A stretch of DNA of 64,000 nt from Ignavibacteria bacterium (GTDB taxonomy: Bacteria > Bacteroidota > Ignavibacteria > Kapaibacteriales > UBA961). A program made the translations under genes and the position numbers. The first letter of the stretch is position 1. The number at the start of each line of letters is the position of its first letter. Below, piece after piece: positions 17,298 to 26,170 of the stretch. The DNA lies in assembly GCA_016720145.1 (NCBI GenBank), contig JADJXV010000007.1, positions 103,426 to 167,425 of the forward strand, written 5' to 3'. The notes beneath the pieces were generated by a model that had not been told where the DNA came from, ran no database searches, and saw only the letters and a program-made list of their open reading frames with translations.

Positions 17298-17708
17298 CTA
17301 TCGCGAGGAAGCTACCCATATAAATCCTTTATTAGCAACAATTCCTCTGCGTAACCCTATGATAAATGAACAGAGTGCGGCAGCTGCTGTCAGTTCCATA
17401 ATAATCAATGTAATCATGGAAGCATCCTCGTGGCTTTCGACTATAGATTCAACAAAGTCCGGCAAATGTTCGATTTGTTTTTCAGCCTGCTCACCGGTCA
17501 GATACACGGGAATTGCTATCAATGCCATCGCGACAAGCAGTGCGGCAGCAAGCATTTTCACTGCATGATTCTTTTGGAGAATTCCCCATGCCAGAATCAA
17601 TGTAGCGATCAAGGTGCCTATAATAGGAAAGTGATTGAGGAAGAGATGAATGTGTGAAGTGTCCATGAGTATTCCCAGAAAATAGTCATGGGGTCCGACG
17701 AAAGTCAT
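17298..17708 (-). CDS. Integral membrane protein (4 predicted TM; DUF2231-like HxxxNHFPI motif)
   Basis: The sequence is hydrophobic with an HIHLFLNHFPIIGTLIATLIL motif. Confidence 0.5.
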   Translation of the reverse strand: MTFVGPHDYFLGILMDTSHIHLFLNHFPIIGTLIATLILAWGILQKNHAVKMLAAALLVAMALIAIPVYLTGEQAEKQIEHLPDFVESIVESHEDASMITLIIMELTAAAALCSFIIGLRRGIVANKGFIWVASSR

Positions 17709-17747
17709 ACGTAGATATTACTTGTATATATACTATAAATCAAATAC

Positions 17748-17933
17748 TTACAGACCTTCGATTACTTTATGTATTTCTTCTTTCGTCTTCCCGAGCTTGA
17801 CTTGGAGCTTGCCGATCAATTCATCTTTTTTCCCCTCGGCAAACATCAAATCGTTGTCAGTGAGTGTTGCAAATTTAGTTTTGAGCCTACCCTTAATTTC
17901 ATTCCATGTCCCTTCTAATTCCGTTGCGTTCAT
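17748..17933 (-). CDS. CsbD-family general stress protein
   Basis: MNATELEGTWNEIKGRLKTKFATLTDNDLMFAEGKKDELIGKLQVKLGKTKEEIHKVIEGL shows the canonical CsbD pattern. Confidence 0.8.
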   Translation of the reverse strand: MNATELEGTWNEIKGRLKTKFATLTDNDLMFAEGKKDELIGKLQVKLGKTKEEIHKVIEGL

Positions 17934-18216
17934 TTGTGTTGTTAGTATATTGTTTTACAACTATTTATAGGATTGTTTTTCTGACTTTTGTTTGTCTAAA
18001 TTATCCTGCAAAACTACGCATAGCCCCCACTTGTGCAGTTACATAACTCTTGGAAAGAATTACATCATTCCCACATCTCTGTATCGATAAGTCCAATTTG
18101 TGCATGTTTGGATGGTGGCTTGAGTGTATGTGGATTGGAATTCATTCCAAAACTGACGTTCGTTGATATCACTGAGGAAATTTCTCATTAGTAAGCTGAC
18201 TGATGCGTATGAAAAA

Positions 18217-18423
18217 TCAATATTGCTGTTCATTTTCTATATATACCACTGTAAGTATAATCAATAGATGTGCTTGTATATTCTCGGCGTATAATTTAAC
18301 TTGAAATGCTGAAATATCTGAAATATCCTTGGCAAGCATCTCCCGTAATTTCTTTTTGGTTATCGGCTTATCGCTTGCGATTCCGGTTGGCATTTTTGAG
18401 AGATTCACCTTTTTGTCCGACAA
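18217..18423 (-). CDS. Hypothetical protein
   Basis: ORF only. No recognisable motif. Confidence 0.2.
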   Translation of the reverse strand: MSDKKVNLSKMPTGIASDKPITKKKLREMLAKDISDISAFQVKLYAENIQAHLLIILTVVYIENEQQY

Positions 18424-18589
18424 TACTTTGAAGGATTACCAATCGATAGATTTCGATTTCATAGTGTATTCGGTTAGACAATTTATGATGGTAACAATGT
18501 ATAAACATACAGAGTATAAATTTGGTATTTGTCCAAAGATGTACGAACAGCATATTAATTCAAGTCTTTGTATCTTATAAAGTTGTAAA

Positions 18590-18635
18590 TAAAAAAAATA
18601 CCGTTTTGCGGGTTTCACAAAACGGTATTTTTAAT
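18590..18635 (-). terminator. Rho-independent terminator of the second csbD gene (bidirectional; A-run and T-run on both sides)
   Basis: aaaaaaaataccgttttg-cgggtttca-caaaacggtatttttaat. Confidence 0.75.
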
Positions 18636-18643
18636 AGAGTGCT

Positions 18644-18829
18644 TTACAGTCCTGCGAGAATTTCCTGTAATTCTTCATGTGTTTTGCCGAGCTTTAGCTG
18701 AAGCTTCATCATCATCTCGACTTTTTTCCCTTCTAAATACATCAAATCGCTGTCGGTAAGTGAGGCAAATTTTGTCTTGAGCTTCATTTTCTGCTCAGAC
18801 CACGATCCTTTTATGTGTGGGTATCCCAT
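18644..18829 (-). CDS. CsbD-family general stress protein (paralogue)
   Basis: MGYPHIKGSWSEQKMKLKTKFASLTDSDLMYLEGKKVEMMMKLQLKLGKTHEELQEILAGL. Start chosen at the internal ATG at 18829. The ORF-track ORF extends to 18877. Confidence 0.75.
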   Translation of the reverse strand: MGYPHIKGSWSEQKMKLKTKFASLTDSDLMYLEGKKVEMMMKLQLKLGKTHEELQEILAGL

Positions 18830-18989
18830 GACAGTCTCCTTATTAGTAAGTATATTCGGTGGTGTGTTGTGATGCAAAAATACGGTCGCTTGGGAGAATT
18901 CGTGTTACACATTATGCGAAAAGAATTGTAGTATTCACACGTGAGGTTCCATCAATAATTCAGATCTCTATTTGTTTTATTTCAACAAA

Positions 18990-19553
18990 TTACGATTTAC
19001 CACCAACCTTGGTCAAGCTACCAACTTTCACGTTAATATCCTTGAGAATTTCGTATTGTTTTTCTTGTGTTTCAAAGAGCGTTTTGATTTGTTCCTCGAG
19101 TAATAAATCCATCTTTTGCTGCAAGCTCCGGATCTGCATCTCCGCTTTCAGATTGATGAGATAATCGTTCTCACTGCGCATGCGGTCTTTTTCTTCCTGA
19201 CGATTCTGACTCATCATGATAATAGGTGCTTGAAGTGCAGCAATGGTCGAAAGAATGAGATTCATGAGAATAAAAGGATACGGGTCGAATTTCCAAAAAC
19301 CAAGTGCAAAAACATTGAAAATAATCCACATCGTGAGGACTACTCCAAAGAGAATGATAAACTTCCAGCTACCACCAAAAAATGCGACTTTGTCGGATAT
19401 TGCTTGTCCTTTGGTGAGTGTTTCGAGCGGAGGATGGAGGAGATTATGGATGATAAGCTCTTCTGCCTCAAGCGTTTCCTTGACGATTTGATGAAGTTTG
19501 TTTAAGTATTCATTTTCGTGAGTGAGTAGATTTTGAGGGGTGTGTGTTTTCAT
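18990..19553 (-). CDS. DUF1003 domain-containing membrane protein
   Basis: ...GQAISDKVAFFGGSWKFIILFGVVLTMWIIFN...FDPYPFILMNLILSTIAALQAPIIMMSQNRQEEKDRMRSENDYLINLKAEMQI matches the DUF1003 signature (FDPYPF, QAP.IMMSQNRQ). Confidence 0.7.
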   Translation of the reverse strand: MKTHTPQNLLTHENEYLNKLHQIVKETLEAEELIIHNLLHPPLETLTKGQAISDKVAFFGGSWKFIILFGVVLTMWIIFNVFALGFWKFDPYPFILMNLILSTIAALQAPIIMMSQNRQEEKDRMRSENDYLINLKAEMQIRSLQQKMDLLLEEQIKTLFETQEKQYEILKDINVKVGSLTKVGGKS

Positions 19554-19619
19554 AGTGTATTAGAGGGGATTAGCAGCAAAACAGGGCGCAACAAAAGAAC
19601 GAATGTTCTTGAATTTGGC

Positions 19620-19756
19620 CTACAAACAGGACGCCCTGATGGGGCTACAAACATGATGCCTAGACAATTGCTACAAACAGGACGCCCCGATGGGGCTACA
19701 AATATGATGCCTAGACAATTGCTACAAACAGGACGCCCCGATGGGGCTACAAAAGC
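19620..19756. repeat. 51-bp tandem repeat x2.7, each unit containing a GC hairpin (gccccgatggggc)
   Basis: The unit ctacaaacaggacgccc[ct]gatggggctacaaa[ct]atgatgcctagacaattg repeats at 19620, 19671 and 19722. Confidence 0.85.
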
Positions 19757-19780
19757 TAAGTGCATCTTACGATTTTCAGA

Positions 19781-19889
19781 CTTTCGACTTTCGACTTTCG
19801 ACTTACTACTTACTACTTACTACTTTCGACTTACTACTTACACTTACTACTTACTACTTACTACTTACTACTTAAACACTTACTACTAA
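19781..19889. repeat. Composite heptamer microsatellite (TTTCGAC)n(TTACTAC)n immediately 3' of the porin stop codon
   Basis: ctttcgactttcgactttcgacttactacttactacttactactttcgacttactacttacacttactac(ttactac)4... A second copy of the same composite element lies at 25365-25460. Confidence 0.85.
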
Positions 19890-19893
19890 ATCT

Positions 19894-20571
19894 TCAAAAC
19901 CTATACACCAGCCCTATATATCCCGAATACGTGTCACGGCTTGATTCTCCAAGTAGATAGTAGGAGTTTGGAGGTAGTGGCTTGTCAGAATCTCCCATAC
20001 TTGTCAGTCCTGCTGTTCCTCTAAATCCTATCGACAATCGCAGTATATTTAAAGGGTCAATTCCTACATCTATGCCGACTCCGTAGGCAATTCCGAGATC
20101 GGTATTTCGCATGGCTAATATGCCTTCGTTAGATTTACCATTGCCACCTGTCGTGGACATCGAGCTCCCGACAAGTAACCCGAATTGTGGTCCTGCGGTG
20201 AAGTGAATATTCACAGGGTCGGATGTACCGGTATTGAAGACCATCATAATCGGCACATGAATATATGTAATATCTATTCTACGCTCGACATCCTCTTCTT
20301 TGAATAGATGCGAACTTGATGAATAGATTATTTCGGCTTGCATTCCAATATGTTTGGAGAATTCACAATGTGCGATTCCTGCGAAGCCGTGCCCAAGTGT
20401 AATCGTGCCTTGAGTTGTAGTGTTTGAACTTGACTGTATATCAAACGACGAAAAAGTATGCAATACTCTAAAGGACAAGTCCACGGATTGCGCAGAAGTC
20501 AACATAGTATTTACAGTCAAAGCTGTAAGAATTACAAGTACTTTCGCAGTATGGAAGATTAAGTTTTTCAT
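19894..20571 (-). CDS. Outer-membrane beta-barrel protein (porin-family, OmpA-like barrel only)
   Basis: Signal peptide (MKNLIFHTAKVLVILTALTVNTMLTSAQS), alternating amphipathic beta-strands, and a C-terminal aromatic residue (…GLVYRF). Confidence 0.65.
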   Translation of the reverse strand: MKNLIFHTAKVLVILTALTVNTMLTSAQSVDLSFRVLHTFSSFDIQSSSNTTTQGTITLGHGFAGIAHCEFSKHIGMQAEIIYSSSSHLFKEEDVERRIDITYIHVPIMMVFNTGTSDPVNIHFTAGPQFGLLVGSSMSTTGGNGKSNEGILAMRNTDLGIAYGVGIDVGIDPLNILRLSIGFRGTAGLTSMGDSDKPLPPNSYYLLGESSRDTYSGYIGLVYRF

Positions 20572-20597
20572 ATAATTAAAACGATGATCTCTTCATT

Positions 20598-20816
20598 TTA
20601 GAGTTGAGTTCGTGTTTTTTGGGCAATATATCCACTCACCATTGCTTTGAGGGAGTCATAATATGTCGATAGATTCTTCCGTGTAATTTCGAGATTGTGC
20701 ACATCGGGAATTGTAACCGGCATTTCTTCTATAAATTTCGATAATTCAGGATAATTATCCTTGATACTCATGGTAATCTTCAGGATATCTGCATTGAGCT
20801 CTTGTTCACTTTTCAT
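20598..20816 (-). CDS. Hypothetical protein (72 aa)
   Basis: ORF only. Confidence 0.3.
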   Translation of the reverse strand: MKSEQELNADILKITMSIKDNYPELSKFIEEMPVTIPDVHNLEITRKNLSTYYDSLKAMVSGYIAQKTRTQL

Positions 20817-20845
20817 AAAATACTCCGCATAAACCGGTGAATATA

Positions 20846-21379
20846 TTATTTTTTATTGTTAACGGTGAGGTCATTGAGGTCAATACTGATTTCATTGACT
20901 TCGTGATTCATCTTTACTTTAAATTTACCGAGATTTTCTTTCATTTCTAAGCTGTATTCGTCTAATTTTCTTCGTAAGTCATTGTAGTCTTTCTCTTTAC
21001 TGGAGAGTTCCTCAAGCATTTTAGGGCTGGTACTCGGATTGGATTTTATTACCTTAATTTTACTTTCGTTGATCGCAATTTTCTTTTCGGTGTCTGCCCT
21101 GAATTTGCTCCATTCGTCCTGATTGATGATCTTGATTTCCGGTGATTTGACATCCAAACTCGCCACTTCGGGAATTTTAATTTCCTGAATGATCGGCTGC
21201 TGTATTACCACATCGGCACCGCCACTATCCTGATCAATTTTCTTTTCTACTTTAACACGTTCAAACGCATCGTCGGCTTTTTGTTCATGAGATTCACAAG
21301 AAATAAAGAGTACCGCTACGAAGCAAGCGGCGAAATACGTGAGACATTTGGCTGAAGTGTTTTTCATGATTTTGGTCAA
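20846..21379 (-). CDS. Hypothetical lipoprotein with coiled-coil C-terminus
   Basis: A signal peptide ends in a lipobox-like FISCESHE. The C-terminal half is K/E-rich. Confidence 0.5.
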   Translation of the reverse strand: MTKIMKNTSAKCLTYFAACFVAVLFISCESHEQKADDAFERVKVEKKIDQDSGGADVVIQQPIIQEIKIPEVASLDVKSPEIKIINQDEWSKFRADTEKKIAINESKIKVIKSNPSTSPKMLEELSSKEKDYNDLRRKLDEYSLEMKENLGKFKVKMNHEVNEISIDLNDLTVNNKK

Positions 21380-21388
21380 TTAAATTGT

Positions 21389-22270
21389 TTATTTAGTTAT
21401 AGTTGTATCGGTTTTATTCTGAAGTCCCTGCTCGAGAATTGTATCTGTTTTGACCTGATTACTCAGCTCAAGGTGTTCGTTTGCCCACTGTTCGTACGTG
21501 AATATCTGCATATACGACTTGGGTTTAATACCCATACTTCCCGTAAAAGGATGATCAAGAAGAATAATCGTAAAGAGAATCATACCGATAAAAGCGCCTA
21601 AGAGGGTAGTGAGCGCAATGTGCATACGCTTGTGTTCGATATCGAGCAAGAGAGCGAAAATAATTGTAATCACCGCACCTAAAATTATCGGCAACCAAAT
21701 TGGTGGTGGTATCTCCGTTTCCATCGAAGTGACGCGTAGTCCGCGAAACGTAGATAACTCATTCAAATGGCTGAACATTTCAGCAACCAACTGCACCTGA
21801 AATTGATTCTTGGGATTGAGATGTTCCAACTTATCAAATACTCTGCTGAAGGATTCAAGCGTGAGCCGGCTAAGCTTCATACGCTCCATATTTGGGAATT
21901 CATCATCAATCACATTATACACAAAATCCAAATAGACCTTCATCAGTTGCTTCGACTCAAGCGTGTCGGGGTAGAATTTAATATCTCGATACAAGCCCAA
22001 AGCCGAACTCCCCTCTTTACTCGCATTGGCACGTGTTTCGTTTAATTGATCCCACACGACAAATACGACAAAACTGAGCAGTAGCGCATAAAAACTCGCA
22101 ATAGCTAAAAATAAAAAACCCGTCACTTCATTATGCGAACGGAGAATCTCAACTTTTACAAACTTTCGAAAAAGCATCGTCAGCAGCGCCGCAAGCCCCG
22201 AAACGAACACGACCATCAATATAAATAGTAAGACAGGATGTATTTGAAGCAAATAGTACGAGATAGCCAT
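21389..22270 (-). CDS. Membrane protein, DUF4239-like (two N-terminal and two C-terminal TM helices flanking a soluble domain)
   Basis: N-terminal LLFILMVVFVSGLAALLTMLF / FLFLAIASFYALLLSFVVFVVW and C-terminal IWLPIILGAVITIIFALLL / LLGAFIGMILFTIILL. Confidence 0.45.
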   Translation of the reverse strand: MAISYYLLQIHPVLLFILMVVFVSGLAALLTMLFRKFVKVEILRSHNEVTGFLFLAIASFYALLLSFVVFVVWDQLNETRANASKEGSSALGLYRDIKFYPDTLESKQLMKVYLDFVYNVIDDEFPNMERMKLSRLTLESFSRVFDKLEHLNPKNQFQVQLVAEMFSHLNELSTFRGLRVTSMETEIPPPIWLPIILGAVITIIFALLLDIEHKRMHIALTTLLGAFIGMILFTIILLDHPFTGSMGIKPKSYMQIFTYEQWANEHLELSNQVKTDTILEQGLQNKTDTTITK

Positions 22271-22618
22271 AATTGAAGTACCAATGTTAAGTTAATATTT
22301 GATAACCGTATAATTTATTAGTTAGTTAATTAATGAGATGTCGCACTATAGATTACTCCAATGCCGAACGAGAATTTCTATGTAATCGAGCTATTTGTGG
22401 AGCACAGAGAGAGCAGGTATCACTCCCATCCCGGCACAGTGCGTTACATTGTAATTGTAAGGTATATAATTCAAATGAATATAAGATGTTCTGTATTATT
22501 CGCATTCTTTTGAACTGGCAAATCACTCATCGATTATACTTTGTTTATCTTCCATCTCGATTGATTACTACATCGTATAAACGTAAGGAGTACTACCGAA
22601 CACCGTAAGCAAAGTCTC

Positions 22619-22963
22619 TCAGTCTTTTTTGACCAGATCCATCCCACATTTCGGACACTTTCCCGGCTTGTGCGATTTCACACGATGGTGCATAGGACAT
22701 ACATAGCTATCCATCGCTTCGTGTTTTTCGGTTTTGATCTCCGTCGTTCGTACTGTCTTCTTGTCTAATATTGCCCCACACATTGGACATTTCCCCTTTT
22801 GATTGAGCTTTACTACATGATGTTTTGAACATGTATAATACACAGAATCAGTACGCTTGTCTGTTTTGATGGTCGTTGAAGACTTTTCTGATTTGCCTTG
22901 TGCTACAACTATTGTACTGCTCACAAGTAATGCAAATATTAAGGAGAATAGGAACGTTTTCAT
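22619..22963 (-). CDS. Secreted protein with two heavy-metal-binding domains (YxCxxHH...KCPxCGM)
   Basis: Signal peptide, then two copies of the HMBD motif: YTCSKHHVVKLNQKGKCPMCGAILDKK and YVCPMHHRVKSHKPGKCPKCGMDLVKK. Confidence 0.7.
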   Translation of the reverse strand: MKTFLFSLIFALLVSSTIVVAQGKSEKSSTTIKTDKRTDSVYYTCSKHHVVKLNQKGKCPMCGAILDKKTVRTTEIKTEKHEAMDSYVCPMHHRVKSHKPGKCPKCGMDLVKKD

Positions 22964-23045
22964 AATAGATGGTAGTAATTCTTCAGTATCGCTGTTGCCC
23001 GATTGTAGAAAAATAACATTCTACAGTATTTAATTTGCGTTAATT

Positions 23046-23597
23046 CTATGCTATTGATTCACTTGCGTCATTTGATTCATGCATGTCACCGGCAGATTTT
23101 TCCAAATCTTTATCTAATGTATAGAGAGCATTATTATTCACTTTTTCTCCACCGGCAATTTTCATTTTATCGAGTAAATTCATGGCAAGTGTTTCTTCTT
23201 CAACTTGTTCTTTGACAAACCATTGCATGAAATTCCATGTAGTCCAATCTTCCTCTTCCATGCTCATTTTCACGAGTTTATAGATTTCTTTGGTGATATC
23301 GACTTTGTGTTCGAGTATTTTTTCAAAACAGTGATTCACACTCTCCGGATTGTCATGCGGAGCAGGAATAGCCGAGATATGCACTTTTGCACCGCGTTTG
23401 AGAATATATTCGATGATTTTCATCTTATGACCTTGCTCTTCCTCGGCATGATGAAAGAGAAATTGAGCAATCCCGGCATAACCCTGATGATGCGCCCAAG
23501 CAGCATACGATAAATATAGTTGCGAAGCGTATGCTTCTCGGGTCATTTGAGCGTTGAGCGCTGTAGTGATGGGCTTGGATAGTCGGTTCGTATTCAT
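23046..23597 (-). CDS. Non-haem ferritin (Ftn)
   Basis: LNAQMTREAYASQLYLSYAAWA...AEEEQGHKMKIIEYILKRG...EHKVDITKEIYKLVKMSMEEEDWTTWNFMQWFVKEQVEEE carries the di-iron ferroxidase ligands E..Y, E..H, E, Q/E. Confidence 0.85.
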   Translation of the reverse strand: MNTNRLSKPITTALNAQMTREAYASQLYLSYAAWAHHQGYAGIAQFLFHHAEEEQGHKMKIIEYILKRGAKVHISAIPAPHDNPESVNHCFEKILEHKVDITKEIYKLVKMSMEEEDWTTWNFMQWFVKEQVEEETLAMNLLDKMKIAGGEKVNNNALYTLDKDLEKSAGDMHESNDASESIA

Positions 23598-23726
23598 GGT
23601 AGTAATTTTTTATAATGTAGTGTAATATAACGGAGTATGCGATCCTATTTCTGATACTGACTCTACTAATGTTGAATTATCAGGACTTGCGAATTTGATG
23701 AGCTCAGCATTGAACTTTTCGGTTTC

Positions 23727-24563
23727 TTAGAGGAATAGGGCATGCCCGCTATGCTCGAAGGTAATTACTTCTGAATTATGTATCCCACGGTGAAGCTGTT
23801 CGGCCATTTCATACGAACATATCTTATCTTTCTTACCATGCATAATGAGCGTGGGAATTGAAATTTTAGACATGTCATACCGGAGGTCTGTATTCCGAAG
23901 TGCGCGCAAAGTCTGCCCCATCGAATGTGCCGATGCGCTGAGTCCAATACCGTAGAGCCAATTGTTGATACCGGTGCTGAGCGACGTCTCGGTGGCAGCG
24001 AATATCTTCCCGACGTCAGTCAGTAATTGAGGACGATTGCTATAGTTAAGTTCAATTAATTTATCGACTTCTGATGGCGGTAGGTTGTAGGGATAGTCTT
24101 TGCGTCGTGTCCAGCTCGGAGCTGCTGCCGCAAAAAGGGCGAGTTTGGCAATTCTATTGCCTGTATTCGATGCAGCGTAGCGGATAGCAATAGCTCCACC
24201 CATTGAAAAGCCGCTTAACACAGCATCTTTGATGTCGAGTTTGTCTAGAATTACTTGTATATCATGGACATGCACATCATACTCATAGCTTCCGTAGGGC
24301 TTATCTGATTTGCCAAATCCTCTTAGTGTAATACCGATCACCCGAAATCCACTTTCTATAATATCGGTGTATTGATATTCATACATCTCATCACTGAGCG
24401 GCCAGCCGTGAAGGAGTATGATTGTTCTCCCGGAACCGGCATCCGTTACATGGAGGCGGACATTAGGTTCGACTTCGATATATTCTTCCCGTACGCCCTC
24501 TATCAATGCGGGATTATGAACTGTCTCGCTGTGTATGCCCTTGGTATATTCTGATGTTTTCAT
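23727..24563 (-). CDS. Alpha/beta-fold hydrolase
   Basis: HG-box ILLHGWP, nucleophile elbow GFSMGG, and a C-terminal H (EHSGHALF). Start chosen at the ATG at 24563, 4 nt after the upstream gene stop. The ORF-track ORF extends to 24602. Confidence 0.7.
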   Translation of the reverse strand: MKTSEYTKGIHSETVHNPALIEGVREEYIEVEPNVRLHVTDAGSGRTIILLHGWPLSDEMYEYQYTDIIESGFRVIGITLRGFGKSDKPYGSYEYDVHVHDIQVILDKLDIKDAVLSGFSMGGAIAIRYAASNTGNRIAKLALFAAAAPSWTRRKDYPYNLPPSEVDKLIELNYSNRPQLLTDVGKIFAATETSLSTGINNWLYGIGLSASAHSMGQTLRALRNTDLRYDMSKISIPTLIMHGKKDKICSYEMAEQLHRGIHNSEVITFEHSGHALFL

Positions 24564-24567
24564 AATA

Positions 24568-25266
24568 TTAAAATTTTTCTTTAACAATGTATTTTTCATC
24601 AACTTGCAGATGAAGTAAGTATTTTTCTATAGCATCTATCATTGGTGGTGGACCGCAGAGGTAGAAGTATTGGTGTGGTTGATTGCAGAAATGCTTCAGG
24701 CATGCTTCAGTAATTTGACCGTGTTCATATCCTTTGACAGCTTCGTCAGAGAGTACGTTGATACAATTATTATGGAGTATTTTTTTTAATTCTTCTTCGA
24801 GAATTATATCGTCTTGGGTTTTATTGGCAAAGAGTAATTTATTATTACCAATTGCATGATTAGACTCGAGTTGTCTCAATATCGCAATGAACGGCGTTAC
24901 TCCAGCACCGCCGGCAATAAATACTCCTTCACCCTCGTATTTAATTGCCCCAAATACATCATGGACGATGAGCTCATCACCCACTGTCAGATCTCGAAGT
25001 TCATTGGTGACACCTTCATGCTCGATGTAGGTTTTAATTATAAATTCTAAGTAATCTTCACCGGGTAAACACGTAAACGTGAAAGGGCGTTCCTCACCTA
25101 TCCACCCTATTTTATGAATAGATACCATCGTTGCCTGACCGGGTGCAAACGAATAGTTCGCGGGCTTTTCGGTGACTATTTTCAAGACATCATGCGTGAG
25201 TGCGCGGATCGAGCTTATGGTAACTATATGTTGCATCTGATTATTCAAAAAAATTGAGGGTATCAA
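24568..25266 (-). CDS. FAD/NAD(P)-binding oxidoreductase, ferredoxin-NADP reductase-like
   Basis: RPFTFTC (FAD-binding RxYS-like) ... GGAGVTPFIAILRQL (NAD(P)-binding GxGxxP) ... YLCGPPPMIDAI. The alternative start at 25236 (MQHIVTISS...) is plausible. Confidence 0.7.
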   Translation of the reverse strand: MIPSIFLNNQMQHIVTISSIRALTHDVLKIVTEKPANYSFAPGQATMVSIHKIGWIGEERPFTFTCLPGEDYLEFIIKTYIEHEGVTNELRDLTVGDELIVHDVFGAIKYEGEGVFIAGGAGVTPFIAILRQLESNHAIGNNKLLFANKTQDDIILEEELKKILHNNCINVLSDEAVKGYEHGQITEACLKHFCNQPHQYFYLCGPPPMIDAIEKYLLHLQVDEKYIVKEKF

Positions 25267-25364
25267 GAGTAAATAATGTTCCGATAATTAGATGGGATTC
25301 CGTTGGTATTATGTCCAAAGCGAAGCAATACGATGAGCTACTATCATGTTTTATAATGACGTAT

Positions 25365-25460
25365 GACTTATTTACGACTTACTGCCTGATACTTGTACTT
25401 ACTTCTTAACGACTTACAATCTTTCGACTTACTACTTACTACTTACTACTTATTCCTTAC
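25365..25460. repeat. Second copy of the composite TTTCGAC/(TTACTAC)n microsatellite element, abutting the stop codon of 25457..26050
   Basis: ...ctttcgacttactacttactacttactacttattccttacttcc. Confidence 0.8.
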
Positions 25461-26050
25461 TTCCCCAGTCCGATTTGATTCATATATGCTTGATTGTCCC
25501 AGAAGAGATGTTCCTCTATGATCACACCATTTTTCCACATTGCTACTGTACACATTGGGATGGAGAATAATTTTCCGGTCGATTGGATCATTGTGCCTTT
25601 GCCGGTCGGCATTGGAGAGGAGAAGGTACCGCTCATGATACCTGTGACGCAGGTCATATTGCCCGAGCCGAATCTTACAGGGTGTAGCTGAATATTCGTA
25701 TTGGGCGCATAGACAAACATTTGCTTCAAGTCTGCTATATGTCTGTCAATTCCAACTGTTGAATGTCCGTCCGGCCAATTTACTTTCACATCTTTCGAAT
25801 GACTTTCGTGCAGACGAGCCCAATCTTGATTGCTAAAGACAGTAAAGTCTAATGTATCGAAGGTTGCGAGATTCTTGGCAATCTGTTGGTTGCCGGAAGT
25901 GAGATTGGTGATTTGATTGCGCAGGGAGTCAACTGATGCTTGTGAGTAGGTTTGTACGTCTTTATCATCCGAACAGCTTACAAGTGACATGACGCAACAC
26001 GTAAGAATCACAAGAGATAATAAATTTTTCAGGCGGTCTGTGTTTTTCAT
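25457..26050 (-). CDS. Lipoprotein with SnoaL-like/ester-cyclase fold
   Basis: Signal and lipobox (LVSCSDDK). The C-terminal ...GVIIEEHLFWDNQAYMNQIGL resembles predicted ester cyclases (SnoaL-like). Confidence 0.45.
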   Translation of the reverse strand: MKNTDRLKNLLSLVILTCCVMSLVSCSDDKDVQTYSQASVDSLRNQITNLTSGNQQIAKNLATFDTLDFTVFSNQDWARLHESHSKDVKVNWPDGHSTVGIDRHIADLKQMFVYAPNTNIQLHPVRFGSGNMTCVTGIMSGTFSSPMPTGKGTMIQSTGKLFSIPMCTVAMWKNGVIIEEHLFWDNQAYMNQIGLGK

Positions 26051-26170
26051 AATTACAATTGAAGATTAATTTCACATTGGGAATTGTTATTCAATTCCTT
26101 GTTATTTGCACAATTCCTCTCCCGACGAGTAATCGCAAGGAGAGGATGTGTGTTTTTGTGGTATCGTCGT

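Noticed and set aside
17146-17319. 58-aa ORF (MGSFLAIVSCIAMGRVGFLGGQIRHTELRES...) overlapping the end of the 17298..17708 membrane-protein gene
   Set aside because: It could be a frameshifted C-terminal continuation, but there is no family evidence either way, so I did not call it.
19533-19960. ORFs 19533..19889 and 19760..19960 with repetitive peptides (LQTGRPDGATNMMPRQL x3; LLTTYY...)
   Set aside because: They are translations of the 51-bp tandem repeat and the heptamer microsatellite.
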